Below, piece by piece: positions 1 to 14,399 of a stretch of 64,000 bases of DNA. The position numbers and the translations under genes are program-made. A model generated the notes under the pieces. That model did no database searches and had not been told where the DNA came from. It worked only from the letters and a program-made list of their open reading frames with translations. Location: the NCBI RefSeq assembly GCF_009914755.1, contig NC_060929.1; one strand, 5' to 3'. Source of the DNA: the human T2T-CHM13v2.0 reference genome, Homo sapiens. How positions within the stretch are numbered: position 1 is the stretch's first letter; each line of letters begins with the position of its first letter.

Positions 1-596
1 AATCAGCACCCTGTCAAAAGGGACCAATCAGCTCTCTGTAAAACGGACCAGTCAGCTCTCTGTAAAATGGACCAATCAGCAGGATGTGGGTGGGGTCAGA
101 TAAGGGAATAAAAGCAGGCTGCCCAAGCCAACAGCGGCAACCCACTGGGGTCCCCTTCCACACTGTGGTAGCTTTGTTCTTTTGCTGTTTGCAATAAATC
201 TTGCTGCTGCCCACTCTTTGGGTCCACACTGCCTTTATGAGCTGTAAAACTCACCACGAAGGTCTGCAGCTTCACTCCTGAGGCCAGTGAGACCATGAAC
301 CCACCAGGAGGAATGAACAACTCTGGCTGGGATGAACAAACTTCAGATGGGAGGAATGAACAACTCCAGATGTGCCACTTTAAGAGCTGTAACACACCGC
401 TAAGGTGTGCAGCTTCACTCTCGAAGCCAGTGAGATCAAGAACCCACCAGAAGAAAGAAACTCCAAACACACATCCAAACATCAGAAGGAACAAACTCTG
501 GACACACCATCTTTAAGAACTGTAACACTCACCGAGAGGGTCCGTGGCTTCATTCTTGAAGTCAGCGAGACCAAGAACCCACCAATTTCGGACACA
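1..596 (+). mobile_element. LTR12 (ERV9/HERV9) solo LTR, 3' part, cut by window start
   Basis: Tandem GGACCAATCAGCTCTCTGTAAA units, GATAAGGGAATAAAAGCAGGCTG, repeated CTTCACTCCTGA-GCCAG-GAGACC units and terminal ACCAATTTCGGACACA match LTR12. Confidence 0.93.
20..130 (+). promoter_or_regulatory. LTR12 U3 promoter (CCAAT/NF-Y repeats, GATA, AATAAA TATA-like box)
   Basis: CCAAT at 24-28 and 72-76, AGATAA at 98-103, AATAAAA at 107-113; known ERV9 LTR promoter layout. Confidence 0.7.
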
Positions 597-599
597 ACT

Positions 600-1065
600 T
601 CTCCTTGAGCTAGGTGGACATAGTGACTCATTTGTAAGAAATAAAATATAGCAAAATAATGAGCTGTCACTTCTCAGACTCTAATTTCCATCCTTCTTCC
701 CTCTTCCATTTCCTCCCTGGCTCTGAGCAAAGCCAGCTGCTAGGCTGTGAGCTTTCCTATGGAGAAGTACATGTGACAAAGAACTGAGGGAAGGCTTCAA
801 TGCAATAGCCAGCAAAGAAATGAATTATGTCAACAACAACATGAACGAGCTTGGAACAAGAACCTGTCTCCATTGAACCTTCAAATGAGAGTGCAGCCCT
901 GGCTGCCATTTTGACTGCAGCCTTTTGAGAGGCTTTGAGAGAGAGAGATTTCAGCTAAGCTGCTCCCAGATTCCTGATCCAGAAACTGTAAGATAATAAA
1001 TGTTTATTGTTTTAAGTGGTTAAGTTCTGGGATCATCTATTAGACAGTAATAGATAATTAATACA
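600..1065 (+). mobile_element. MLT1-type MaLR LTR (MLT1F/G/H-like)
   Basis: CAGCTAAGCTGCTCCCAGATTCCTGATCCAGAAACTGTAAGATAATAAATG...GATAATTAATACA typical MLT1 3' end. Confidence 0.75.
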
Positions 1066-2117
1066 GAAACTATGCCAAAAGTAAGGGCCCCGTTAACTCA
1101 TTCATTTATTTGTTCACTTAACACTTATTTTTTGAGCATTGGTGAGATAAAACCATCCCAAGGACAAGAAGATTCCTCTGTCTTCTAAAAGTTTCATTTT
1201 ATAGAAGTCCACGAACATCTAGAAAGGGCAGAAGTATTGAAGGCCCAGTCAGGGAAGGCATTCCAGAGAAGGTAAACTGAGTTCTTGGCCAGAACTCGTT
1301 GGATAGATAGTATTCAACAGGCAGGCAGGATGGGGACAAAACAAGTGGAGAAGTGAAAGGATGGTGGCAGACAGGAAACAGGTTTAGAATCTGAGACTCT
1401 ACAGGTTAGTGAAAAGTATGAGGGGAAAAAACACAGAAGAAAAAAGCAAGACTCATTTAAACTTTCCTTGCTGGCCAATCACCACCAGCATCAGGGACTC
1501 TGTGGAAAAAAAGTCATCCTCTGCCGACCCTAATATTGTACATACAACTTGTTAATTCTGTCAAAGATGGGAATGCAGAGGACATAATTTCTTCATTTGG
1601 TTTATTGTACCATTTCTGATGAGACCATTGTTATACTACTACATTGTTCCTAAGCTTGAATGAACCATTTATCACTAAAAATGAGGGAGAAACAAAGCAA
1701 AAAAAAATGCTCAGATGCAACTTCTTGAGGATTTATATCTTATCAGCTAGACTCTAGAAATTTAGCTAAAATGTTGTATGTGTGTCATGAAATGTGGGAA
1801 GAGAGAAATTTTTAAGCCACAAATGCAAAACACCATTGGAAAAGATGACAGAATGATGATTATCATAGAGTTTTGAATTCCAGATATACAACAAGTGCAC
1901 ATCTATGTTATTAGCATTAGACCTTTCCATGGCTCTTTCTGGAGTGTTTGGAAAAAATCTTATAAACTTTACTCTGAAAATATTCTTTATTTCAGAAGTG
2001 AAGCATTTGAAGAGAAGATATAGGATCCTCTCAAGCGTCTGTTAATGTTGTTTTTATCACTGGCATCAATTTTTAATGTCTTGAGTTATTTAACTTAGAC
2101 ATTTCAATGATGAACAT

Positions 2118-2498
2118 TGTTATGGAGGCTGAATTGTGTCCCCTCTAAAATTCATATGTTGATATTTTATCCCCTAATACTCATAATGTAATGGTATTTG
2201 GAAATAGGGACTTGAACGAAGTAATTAAGATAAAATGAGATTATATGAGTGGGCATTTATCCAATGTAAGTGGTCTCCTTATAAGGAGACTAGGAGACAA
2301 ACACGCACAGAGGATCATGTGAATAAAGAGAGAAGATGGTCATCTACACACCAAGTTGAACGACCCTCATTAGAAACCAACCCTGCAAACAACTTGATGT
2401 TGAACTTCTAGCTTTCAGACCTGTGAGAAAATAAATTGCTGTTGTTTAAATTACCCAATCTGTGATATTTTTTATGGCAGCTCCAGCAGACTAATTCA
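2118..2498 (+). mobile_element. MLT1A/MLT1B MaLR LTR
   Basis: TGTTATGGAGGCTGAATTGTGTCCCC start; AACCCTGC...TTGAACTTCTAGC...GTGAGAAAATAAATT...GCAGACTAATTCA end. Confidence 0.85.
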
Positions 2499-2817
2499 GC
2501 AGTCCTTATAGTTTCACAAACAGAATAAATAGAAAAAAAATAATTCACTGAAACTTGTTACCATCCAACAGTAAATGTATTTAACTCATCTATAAACAGT
2601 TTCACATAATTTTCTCACTTAAAAAAAACTTCTGTTAAAAAAAGACATTCATTGGAGATGCATTTTGAAATATACATAATCTAAATTTAAAAATTAAAAA
2701 GTCATTATCCTTAATCGGTTAATATTACAGTTTATTGCCAGTGGTTTTTCTTTACAAACACATACACTAATGGTTCAAAATATCCTAACGCATCATGGAT
2801 ATTTTTTACATATTGTC

Positions 2818-2985
2818 AATGTGACTTTGGGCTTATTGTTAACTTCCGTACACCTCAGTTTTGTCATCAGTAAAATGAGGATAATATGAACCGTTCAGGT
2901 TTTTGTTAATGATTTATATTAAAGTGCTATATACAAGGCACTTAATAAAGTGCCTGGCACCTAGTAAGCAAACAATAAGTGGTCT
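2818..2985 (+). mobile_element. MIR SINE
   Basis: GTGACTTTGGGC...CCTCAGTTTTGTCATCAGTAAAATGAGGATAAT core and GTGCCTGGCACCTAGTAAGC tail. Confidence 0.75.
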
Positions 2986-4704
2986 GTATTATTTGTATGT
3001 CCTGCATTTTACCAAAAGAGGGTCTTTCTGCATGTTATTTTTGCAATCTGCTTTTTTTCATATTTTATATAGCTATTACTAGTTATTTGTTACATTATCT
3101 TTCTGGGTATAAAAGTTACCTACACATAAGAATGTCCTCTCCTGGTCTCATGGAGTTTTTGTTTGAACAGCCTTTCTTCAAGACTCTCAGTGTAGAATTT
3201 CATGCAGTTTTAAGATTCTTGTTCTGTTAGCAATCTCCTTTCGTTTAGGAAAATTTCTAAAAGCATAATTGGGGTTGAGAACTCACTCAAATTTGAGACA
3301 TTGCCAGGCAGTAAAGGAAAAACAACAGTTCTTGCTGACTCTGCATCACAGCTGCCAGATGCGTTGGTTAACTTGTGGAAAGGGAAACAAAATGGAATTG
3401 CGAAATGAAATGCTTTGGAGACCACAAAATGGTGGGGGCAGAATTGAAGTTTATCCCTCTGGTACTTTTAGTAACCGTTCTAAGGGTCATCTATATGCCA
3501 AGCCCACGGGTCTGAGCCAGTGGCAGGCTGCCATGGGGTGGAATGCGCTGATAAGAGGTAACTGCAGTCAGGGTACCAAGTGTACCAGGAAGCCACCTCT
3601 TCCATGCCTCCTACACCACCACTGCCACCAAAAAGCAACCTCCTCCACCTGAAGTTTTGTTCATTGAGCTTTCCTAAAAGGCATAAACTCACAAGAGAAT
3701 TTCAACCTGAATTTTTTAGGATGAATGAGTTTCTAGTTCTTTTTCAAAGTGGGTGTCATGGGGGGGAAGGAAACAGCTTGAGAGAACACTCAGCCCATGT
3801 GTGTAAGAGAGACACCAGCTCCAAAGGGTGAAACAAATAAAAGGAAAGCTGGAGGCTGAAGCTTTAAGCCAGCTCAGTTAAGTCTTGGTTTACCTCCAAC
3901 TGTGCAAGGGCCAGTCGAAGCTGTGCAGGGGAAGGGGTGTTGTGATAGATAGTCAATGTCGCTTACAAACACCGTGTGGCTATCATGAGGAAAAACTGCA
4001 TCCTAGCAGGGCATCAAGATATCACTTTTGTACATGCAGGATAAGGCTGTCTCCATATAAAAAAACACCTGCTTTTATCCAGAGGCACTTTATGGAGCAG
4101 CCTTGGGCCCTATAGAAAGACACAAGACAGGAAGTGTGGTGAGCTCCTGCCTGTCAACAGTAGTTCTTTCTTCCAGTGCTTCCATTATCACATCAAATCA
4201 AATCAACGTATCTTTGTCAGGTGTCCAGGATGGGCAAGACCTGGCATGAAGGTAGCTCTGCCAAATGGAGGCTGCTCTGAGAAGGTGGCAGCTCTTTTTT
4301 GCAGCAGCTGTATCAGAGGACTTTGGCCTGGAAGGCTGTGAGGAAGCCAGTGATAGGAAGACTGGAGGAGAGAGCCACATCTCATACCCAAATGGTCAAT
4401 TGCCACATATGTCTACATTGAAAAAGGAGCAAGTGATACCACAGGCTGAGCCAGTAGGGCTTTCCTGCCAGCTAGCTTTTTCAAAAAAGACAAAATTAGA
4501 TTGTCTCCGATGAGAAGAATTTAACATGGATCTTTGAATAACCCTAAGAGTCAGATGTGACTTTATTTCATAACAGATATATTTCATGGAACAATATGTT
4601 CAAGAAGGTGGGTCAATGGCAAAATATTGCTGCAGTTGGTTGTATTTATTTTAATATTCTTTTTTTAATTTTATATTTTTACTCAAGAAGATGTAACTTT
4701 TTAA

Positions 4705-4930
4705 ATTTTATTATTATTATTATACTTTAAGTTTTAAGGTACATGTGCACAACGTGCAGGCTTGTTACATATGTATACATGTGCCATGTTGGTGTGCTGC
4801 ACCCATTAACTCGTCATTTAGCATTAGGTATATCTCCTAATGCTATCCCTCCCCCCTCCCCCACCCCACAACAGTCCCCGGTGTGTGATGTTCCAAACAA
4901 ACAACCGCATCAAAAAGTGGGCAAAGAATA
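4705..4930 (-). mobile_element. Short L1PA 3' fragment with inverted 5' piece
   Basis: 4705-4894 is an L1PA 3'UTR on - strand; 4895-4930 (AAACAAACAACCGCATCAAAAAGTGGGCAAAGAATA) is L1 ORF2 sequence on + strand. Confidence 0.85.
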
Positions 4931-5237
4931 TTATTCTTTTCTGCTGGTTTTTCTACCAGAGTTTGAAAGCATGGAACATTGTCAGCATAAACTTTATGCT
5001 ATAAAGATGGCTGCAGTAGGACCCCTAAAATAACACAATTCCCAGACTATTGTTTACAACTAAACAGTTTCACTCACTTTTTGTCAGTATGCCTGAAAAC
5101 ATGGGTTCTTCATTTCTTTGTCTGAAAAATGAACATTGTACTGCCAGATAGATAATGATGCCTCCCAAGCCTCCCTAGCCTACAGTTTTCTAAAGAAAAC
5201 TGCCAGCTAGAACCCTGTGGAGGAGAATTGCAGCAGA

Positions 5238-5742
<505 letters not shown>

Positions 5743-5816
5743 GATCATTCCATAAGCTGGGGTCTCTAGCTGCTCTCCACTATATGCAATTAATCTTGTT
5801 AATTAATTGAAATGGC

Positions 5817-6368
5817 CTGTGTCAGGATCTTCAAGATCATCCCCATATTCAGAGATTTGCTAGAAGGACTCATGGGACTCAGGAAATCACCACATAGCTA
5901 GGATTTATTACACAGATGAAATAACAAGAATACACAGTGAGATCATAATGGGAAAAGACACAGAATTTACAGAAATCCATGCACGGGCTTCCTATGCTCT
6001 CTCCTTCTGTAAAGGGAGACATGATGTGAGTGACTTACTTCCTTCAGCAATTAAAAATGCTGTATCATGTATGCAATGTTTCTGCCCAGGAAATCCCACT
6101 AGAGACTCAGCGTTCAACATTTTTATTGGGGGCTCATCACATCTACTCTCTGCATAACACATGCCAAAATTCCAGACTGGCAGAAGGAAAGCAGGTGTTC
6201 AGCATAAATCACATTTTCACAAACAATCTAGGCACAGTGAAACTTCTTTATCATTTGGAATTTATTCCAAATAATTATCTGTGGAAATTATTGTGCTAAG
6301 GGCCAACCTTGCAAGCAGACCCTACTAAAAATAGCAGCCTTAGGCCTGCTATGTTGACATCCTGCCCA
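5817..6368. mobile_element. MER21-family ERV LTR
   Basis: TGTCAGGATCTTCAAGATCATCCCC...GCTAGAAGGACTCATGGGACTCAG and GGGCCAACCTTGCAAGCAG...GGCCTGCTATGTT resemble MER21. Confidence 0.7.
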
Positions 6369-7113
6369 TGGCCCAAAACAGAGATAATGAATATCAGCTA
6401 GACTAATAAATTCTCTCTCGGGAATTTGACTTGAAAAACACAAAGAGCCTCAGGCAGTTGATTTTGAAATAAGTGACCAGACACAGAGGAGAGAAGCAAA
6501 AATTGAGAGAATGGTTGAGTCGCATTGATGACACTGCTCTAGTGAAGAGAACAAATTCCAGTGGTGAGAATTCAATAAGATAACTTAGTTTTTTGAGCTC
6601 TGTCATTCTTGTGTCCCAAATACTGTTTCTCTTTATTCCCTGAAACCTATCACCCCACTTACTCCTTGTTCTCCATGAATTTTCTGTTTCTTAGAGCCAC
6701 TTCTGTCCTCTCTATAAATCTCAATAATTTTCTCCTTTCTACAAACCTCAATTACTCAGCCAGAGTGAGTTTTTAACCCTTCGAATGGAAAGCGCTAACA
6801 TATCCACTCATCACCTGATAGTGAGCCAGGACCACCCATGACACAGGCTGGGACAGAGCAACCACTGTCACCCTCAAAGAAGAGAAAAAGGAATATGAGC
6901 TTGCCACCCAGAATGGGCTTCACAAAGCCACAACCATCATTTTTAGCAACATGCTGTCTTCCACACTAATTGGACTTTTAGCTGAATTGGTTAATTAATA
7001 ACTTTGCAGAAATTATTGACAAGTTTTGGTCATGGAGATCATAGAGATTTAGTCCCTGTGGATCCAGAATAAAAGGCAAATAATTGAGAATGGTGCAAGA
7101 ATTTCTAGTTTTA

Positions 7114-7230
7114 CACCAGGCACAGTGCTTCACATTTGTAACCCTAACACTTTGGAGGACTGAGGCAGGAGAATCACTTGAGGGCCACGAGTTTGAGACC
7201 AGTCTGGGCAACAAAGTGAAATCCTATTTC
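7114..7230 (+). mobile_element. FLAM Alu monomer, interrupted by L1; A-tail resumes at ~8925
   Basis: Left-monomer Alu sequence up to AAAGTGAAATCCTATTTC; the same target sequence recurs at 8911-8925 followed by an A-tail. Confidence 0.75.
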
Positions 7231-8917
<1,687 letters not shown>

Positions 8918-9303
8918 CTATTTCTATTTAAAAAAAAATCTTAGTTCTATGTAACTCATCCATTTATATCTTGGTCTCACTCAATGTTTAGATGGACATA
9001 TCTATGAACTTCAACATCTTTTTAAACAGTGAAATGATCACAAAACTATTCAGTTCAGATTATGTGAAATGCCAGCTTTCAGGTTAAAGCATTAAGCCTT
9101 CCTCTATCAAAAGATCATTCATTCAGGGAGAAATTCTCCTTCCCGAAAAAAAAAAAATCATTCCTTTATTCCTCTCCATTCTACAGCTCATTTTTCTACT
9201 GCTAACACTTTCCATTATCATTACATATTCTTTCTACCACAGTTGTTGTTGATTTAAATAAATAGTAGAATCTGAAAACAGGAAGAGGCATTACCAATCA
9301 TCA

Positions 9304-9616
<313 letters not shown>

Positions 9617-10158
9617 TTCAAGGCTCTGGTTTTAAATATGAGGATTTGGAGACCCAGCAAGATTTTAGACTTACTCAAAAATCTCACAGTTGACTAGAAC
9701 CAGAGCCAGAACTAAAGAACTCTGATCTTCTGACTTTCAGGCTAATTACTACTCTAGTTCTTTATCTTGTTTTGTTTTTTTTGTTTTTTTGTTTTTCCTG
9801 TGCAATTGAATTTAGGCTTCAAAACTATGGGTAACTAAGGACTATCTCTAAAGCTTTTTATCTTTTTGTCTGTTCTCATTCCCAGAAAATATTAACATTC
9901 ACAAGGCTGTAAATTTGTGATTGTGCAATAAATAAATAATTCAAAACTCTCCAATTTGCTAATGTTTGCTGACTAAAATTACATGTTTCTAAAGAACAGG
10001 AAGCTGTGCTCAAAATTTGTACTTTTCAGTCTAAGAACAAGTCAGCACGATGTGTTGTTTGTCATAGTTATATCTAAAAGAGAATATAACCTTCACTCAC
10101 TGGTTTACTTTTAAAACTGTATCACATGACAGTGTTCAACTCAAAGAAGGTAAATGTT

Positions 10159-10512
<354 letters not shown>

Positions 10513-10979
10513 TTACTCAGAAGTCAGGCGTCAGTTAATCTATCAGTAACCAATGGAGAGGAACTTAGCTAACCATTATTAGAGTCACAAATCAAGAAGC
10601 TCTCAGAGCATTTAATGAAATGTAGAAATATATTAATAATGCACAGGAAAACAGAAAGTGAAATGCAGAAATAATAATATACAGGAAAATATTTAAAACA
10701 ATAAGCACTAGATCGTATAATAAATCTTTCAATGTCATAAAAACTCAAGCATGAGAGAGATCAGCAGAGATAGAGCTAGTCCAATTAATATTTTCTAACT
10801 AGGCATTTGTGCTTGAAAGTAGTTAAACTAGAACATTTTTGCCCCTGAGGCATATTAGAAAGCCAAGACAGCTTTGGGGTCCAGCTGATTCTTCTATTTC
10901 TTCTCTTTGTACAATGAATATCATACTACTGTATAATGAATATTGTATTAATGTTATTGAACACATCCTATGTGCTAGA

Positions 10980-12390
10980 AAAACTGGACATCTATATGCA
11001 AAAAACAAAAACAAAAAAGCCTCAACTTTATTTCACAGCATACACAAAAATCAACTCAAGATGGATCATGGATCTAAAACTATTACACTTCTGGAATAAA
11101 ACACAGGAGAAAATCTTTGTGACCTTGGCTTAGACAAAGACTTTTAGACATGAAATCCACAAAAATTTTTGCTCTTCAAAAATCGCTATAAAGAGAATTA
11201 AAAGACAAAGTGACAAACTACCAAAAGAAAATGCAAAAAAAGATATCTGATAAAGGACTTGTATCTAAATATTAAGAAATCAAAAAATAGTAAAAACAAC
11301 CGAATTTTAAATGGGCAAAAGATTTGAACATGTGACTGAGAAGAGATACAAATACAAATGGCATATAAGCACATGAAAAGAAGTTCAAAATCATTCGTTA
11401 TTAGGAAAGTAAAAATTAAAACCACAATAAGATACTACCATTTTCTTACTAGAATGGCTAAAATTTTGTAGGAGGATGTCTAGTGCTAACAAAGCTATAG
11501 AGCAACTAAAACTCTCAATATCACTAGACAGAATGTAAAAAGGTACATTCATTTTGAAAAATGGCTCAACAATTTAATATAAATTTAAATATAGATGTAC
11601 CATATAGTCCGGCAATCCCACTCCTAGGTATTTACCCAAGCGAAATAAAAACTTATGTTGAACTACCTCACATCCACTAGGATGGCCATCATAAACAAAA
11701 CAAAACAGAAAATAACAAGTGTTGGCAAGGATGTGGAGAAGTTGGAACCCCTGTGCACTGTAAAATGTAATGTAAGATGTTGCAGCTGCCTGTAGAAAAC
11801 AGTATGGTTGGTGCTCAAAAAGTTAAAAATAGAATTACCATATGATCTTGCAATTTCACTTCTGTGTATATGCCCAAAATAATTGAAAGCAAAGTCTCAG
11901 TGAGGTATTTGTACACTCATGGTCATAGCAGGATTATTCACAATAGCTAAAACATGGATCCAACCCAAATGTTCATCGGTGGGTGGGTAGATAAGCAAAG
12001 TGTAGTATACATATACAATGGAATATCGTTAGGCTTAAAAAGATAGGAATTCTGACATATACTACAACATGAATGAATCTTAAAAATATTATGCTAAATG
12101 AAATAAGCCAGTCATATAAAAACAAATACTGTATGATTCCACTTACCTGAGGCACTTAGAGTAGTCAAATTCACAGAGACAGAAAGTAGCATAGTGGTTA
12201 CCATGAGCTAGTGGGAAGGGGAATGAAGAGTTACTGTTTAATAGGTATAGAGTTTCTGTTTTACAAGATGAAAAAAGTTATGGAGATGGATGGAGATGAT
12301 GGATAAACAGCATTATGAATTTGTTTAATACTACTGAACTGTACACTTAAAATTGGTTACATGGTAAATTTTATTTTATTTTACTACAAT
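10980..12390 (+). mobile_element. Old L1 (L1MB/MC/ME) ORF2-end and 3'UTR fragments
   Basis: Degenerate AAAATCAACTCAAGATGGATC, GGCAAGGATGTGGAGAAGTTGGAACCC, ACTGAACTGTACACTTAAAATTGGTT. Confidence 0.8.
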
Positions 12391-12416
12391 AAAAGAATAT
12401 GGCTGAGAAAGGGAGA

Positions 12417-12690
12417 TTTTTTTTTTTTTTTTGAGACAGAGTCTCGCTTTATCACCAAGTTGCAGTGCGCCACTGCACTGCGGCCTCTGCCTCCTGGGTT
12501 CAAGCGATTCTCCTGCCTCAGCCGCCCGAGTAGCTGAGACTACAGGCACGCGCCGCCACGCCCAGCTAATTTTTTGTATTTTTAGTAGAGATGGGGTTTC
12601 ACCATGTTGGCCAGGATGGTCTCGATCTCTTGACCTCATGATCCACCCTCCTCGGCCTCCCAAAGTGCTGGGATTACAGGTGTGAGCCAT
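12417..12690 (-). mobile_element. AluSc-like with internal rearrangement
   Basis: Antisense Alu (GGATGGTCTCGATCTCTTGACCTCATGATCC) with an altered right-arm segment at 12457-12484. Confidence 0.92.
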
Positions 12691-12924
12691 GGAGGAAGAT
12701 TTTTTTTTAAAGTGTGGAAACTGAAGGGAAACCTCAGGGTAGAGACAGAAATTTTTATTTTGGACAAAGAGAATATTTTTATAGCCTATGAGGTAGGATC
12801 CAGTAGAGGGAAAGAAGCTGAAAATACTAGAGGAAAAAGTAAACATTGAAAATTACAGAGGAGATGGACAGTGAACATAGGTGTGAAAATTTATCTTGAG
12901 TAGATGATAATAACTGTTTTCATT

Positions 12925-13140
12925 ATTCCATTATATTGAGTGCTTACTATGCCACACACCCAACTAAGTGTTATGTATGTTATCTTATTTTGTCCTCACA
13001 GCAACCTTAAGTGGTATATACTCTTTTTTTTCTCCATTTAGCATCTGTTGAATCTAAAACTGAGGTTGGGAATATATAGTACAAATAAAACACAAATGTA
13101 AACATAAGTGTCATACCAAAACCTGTGTCTTAATGCCTAT
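12925..13140 (-). mobile_element. MIR
   Basis: ATTGAGTGCTTACTATGCCA...TCCTCACAGCAACCTT...AAACTGAGG. Confidence 0.6.
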
Positions 13141-13169
13141 GTGAAACCGAAGTAAAGAAATAAGAAGAG

Positions 13170-13312
13170 ATGTGGTATGTGCCTGTAGTCCCAAACTACT
13201 TAGGAGGCTGAGGCAGGAGAATCCCTTGAGCCTAGAAGTTTCAGTCCAGCTGAGGCAACAGAGTGAGACTCTGTCTCTACAAATTTTTATTTTAATTTAA
13301 AAAAGAAAAGAA
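13170..13312 (+). mobile_element. Alu monomer (FLAM-like)
   Basis: GTGCCTGTAGTCCCA...GGAGGCTGAGGCAGGAGAATCCCTTGAGCC...GAGACTCTGTCTC. Confidence 0.75.
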
Positions 13313-13399
13313 ATAAGTAGAGTTGCATATATTGAAACATTTGCAGGATGCTGAGGAAGAAATTTGTGGGAGTTTGTGTTGGATAGAATTAATGTCCAT

Positions 13400-14245
13400 G
13401 AATCCTATGAAATTAACTATTGAGATAGAGGATATCAGACAATATATATCTAGAAAAGTTACAAAGGAAGAAATAGATTAATTGGGGAAGAGGTAATATT
13501 TGATGAGAATTTTTCAGAATCAGTGAAAGAATTTAATTCTCAAATATAAGAATTTCATTTCTTAATTCTCAAATATAAGAATTTCATGTAGAAGAGCAGA
13601 GATTCACTGAAAATTGCTTGAAGGGGACCTGGCAGCATTGACCACTAAGCTAAACAAAAATTAATTCACACCTAGACACATCAGAATAAAACTGTAAAAC
13701 ACCGTAAATAATGAAAAAAACTTAACAGCAGTTAGAATGAAAATATAGATTACTTACAAAGTGACTGTTAGACTAAAGCTGACTTCTCAATAGAAAAAAA
13801 ATAGAGATCCCAAAATAATATAATAATATCTCCAGAGTATTGAGGAAAAATATCAGCTAAATTATCATTCAAGGGTGAGATAAAATAAAATAAAATAAAT
13901 CTGAATGTGTATGCCATATGCAATGAGCAGTAAGGATTTTCAAATGGTTCTTGAAAGAACTATTATATAAAGGAAGTACTTTAGAAAGAGGAAATTCAAC
14001 TGAAAAGAAAAGAGTTGGGTATAAAAAACCAGTATGTATCAAATAATGTGGTAAATATTTGAGTAAATAAAAATTGGCTATTGAAAAACAATAATAATAA
14101 TGACTACTAGATAGAAGAATTTTAATGAGATGAAACTAAAATATTAAACAAAAATGGAAAGTGGAGAAGGTGATTAGAACTAAAGAGTTCTAAAGTTCAT
14201 TGTTTTGTTCACAAAAATGTAGATATATTAACTTTTGGCTTTTTA
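13400..14245 (+). mobile_element. L1ME-like ORF1-region fragment
   Basis: GAGAATTTTTCAGAAT, CACACCTAGACACATC, GCTGACTTCTCAATAGAAA, CAGCTAAATTATCATTCAAG motifs of old L1 ORF1. Confidence 0.6.
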
Positions 14246-14262
14246 CGGGTATGCTTTTTTAC

Positions 14263-14393
14263 TTTTTTTTTTTTGTAGAGGTGGAGTCTTGCTATGTTGC
14301 ATAGGCTGGTCTCAAATTCCTGGCCTCAAGTGATCCTCCTACCTTGGCCTCCAAAAGTGCTGGGAATATAGGCATGAGACACTACACCTGGCC
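14263..14393 (-). mobile_element. FLAM_C / AluJ monomer
   Basis: Poly(T) then GTAGAGGTGGAGTCTTGCTATGTTGC...CCTCAAGTGATCCTCC...CCTGGCC. Confidence 0.8.
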
Positions 14394-14399
14394 TGTTTC

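Noticed and set aside
1-90. Spaced short repeats resembling a CRISPR array
   Set aside because: Normal LTR12 U3 tandem units in eukaryotic DNA; no unique spacers or cas genes
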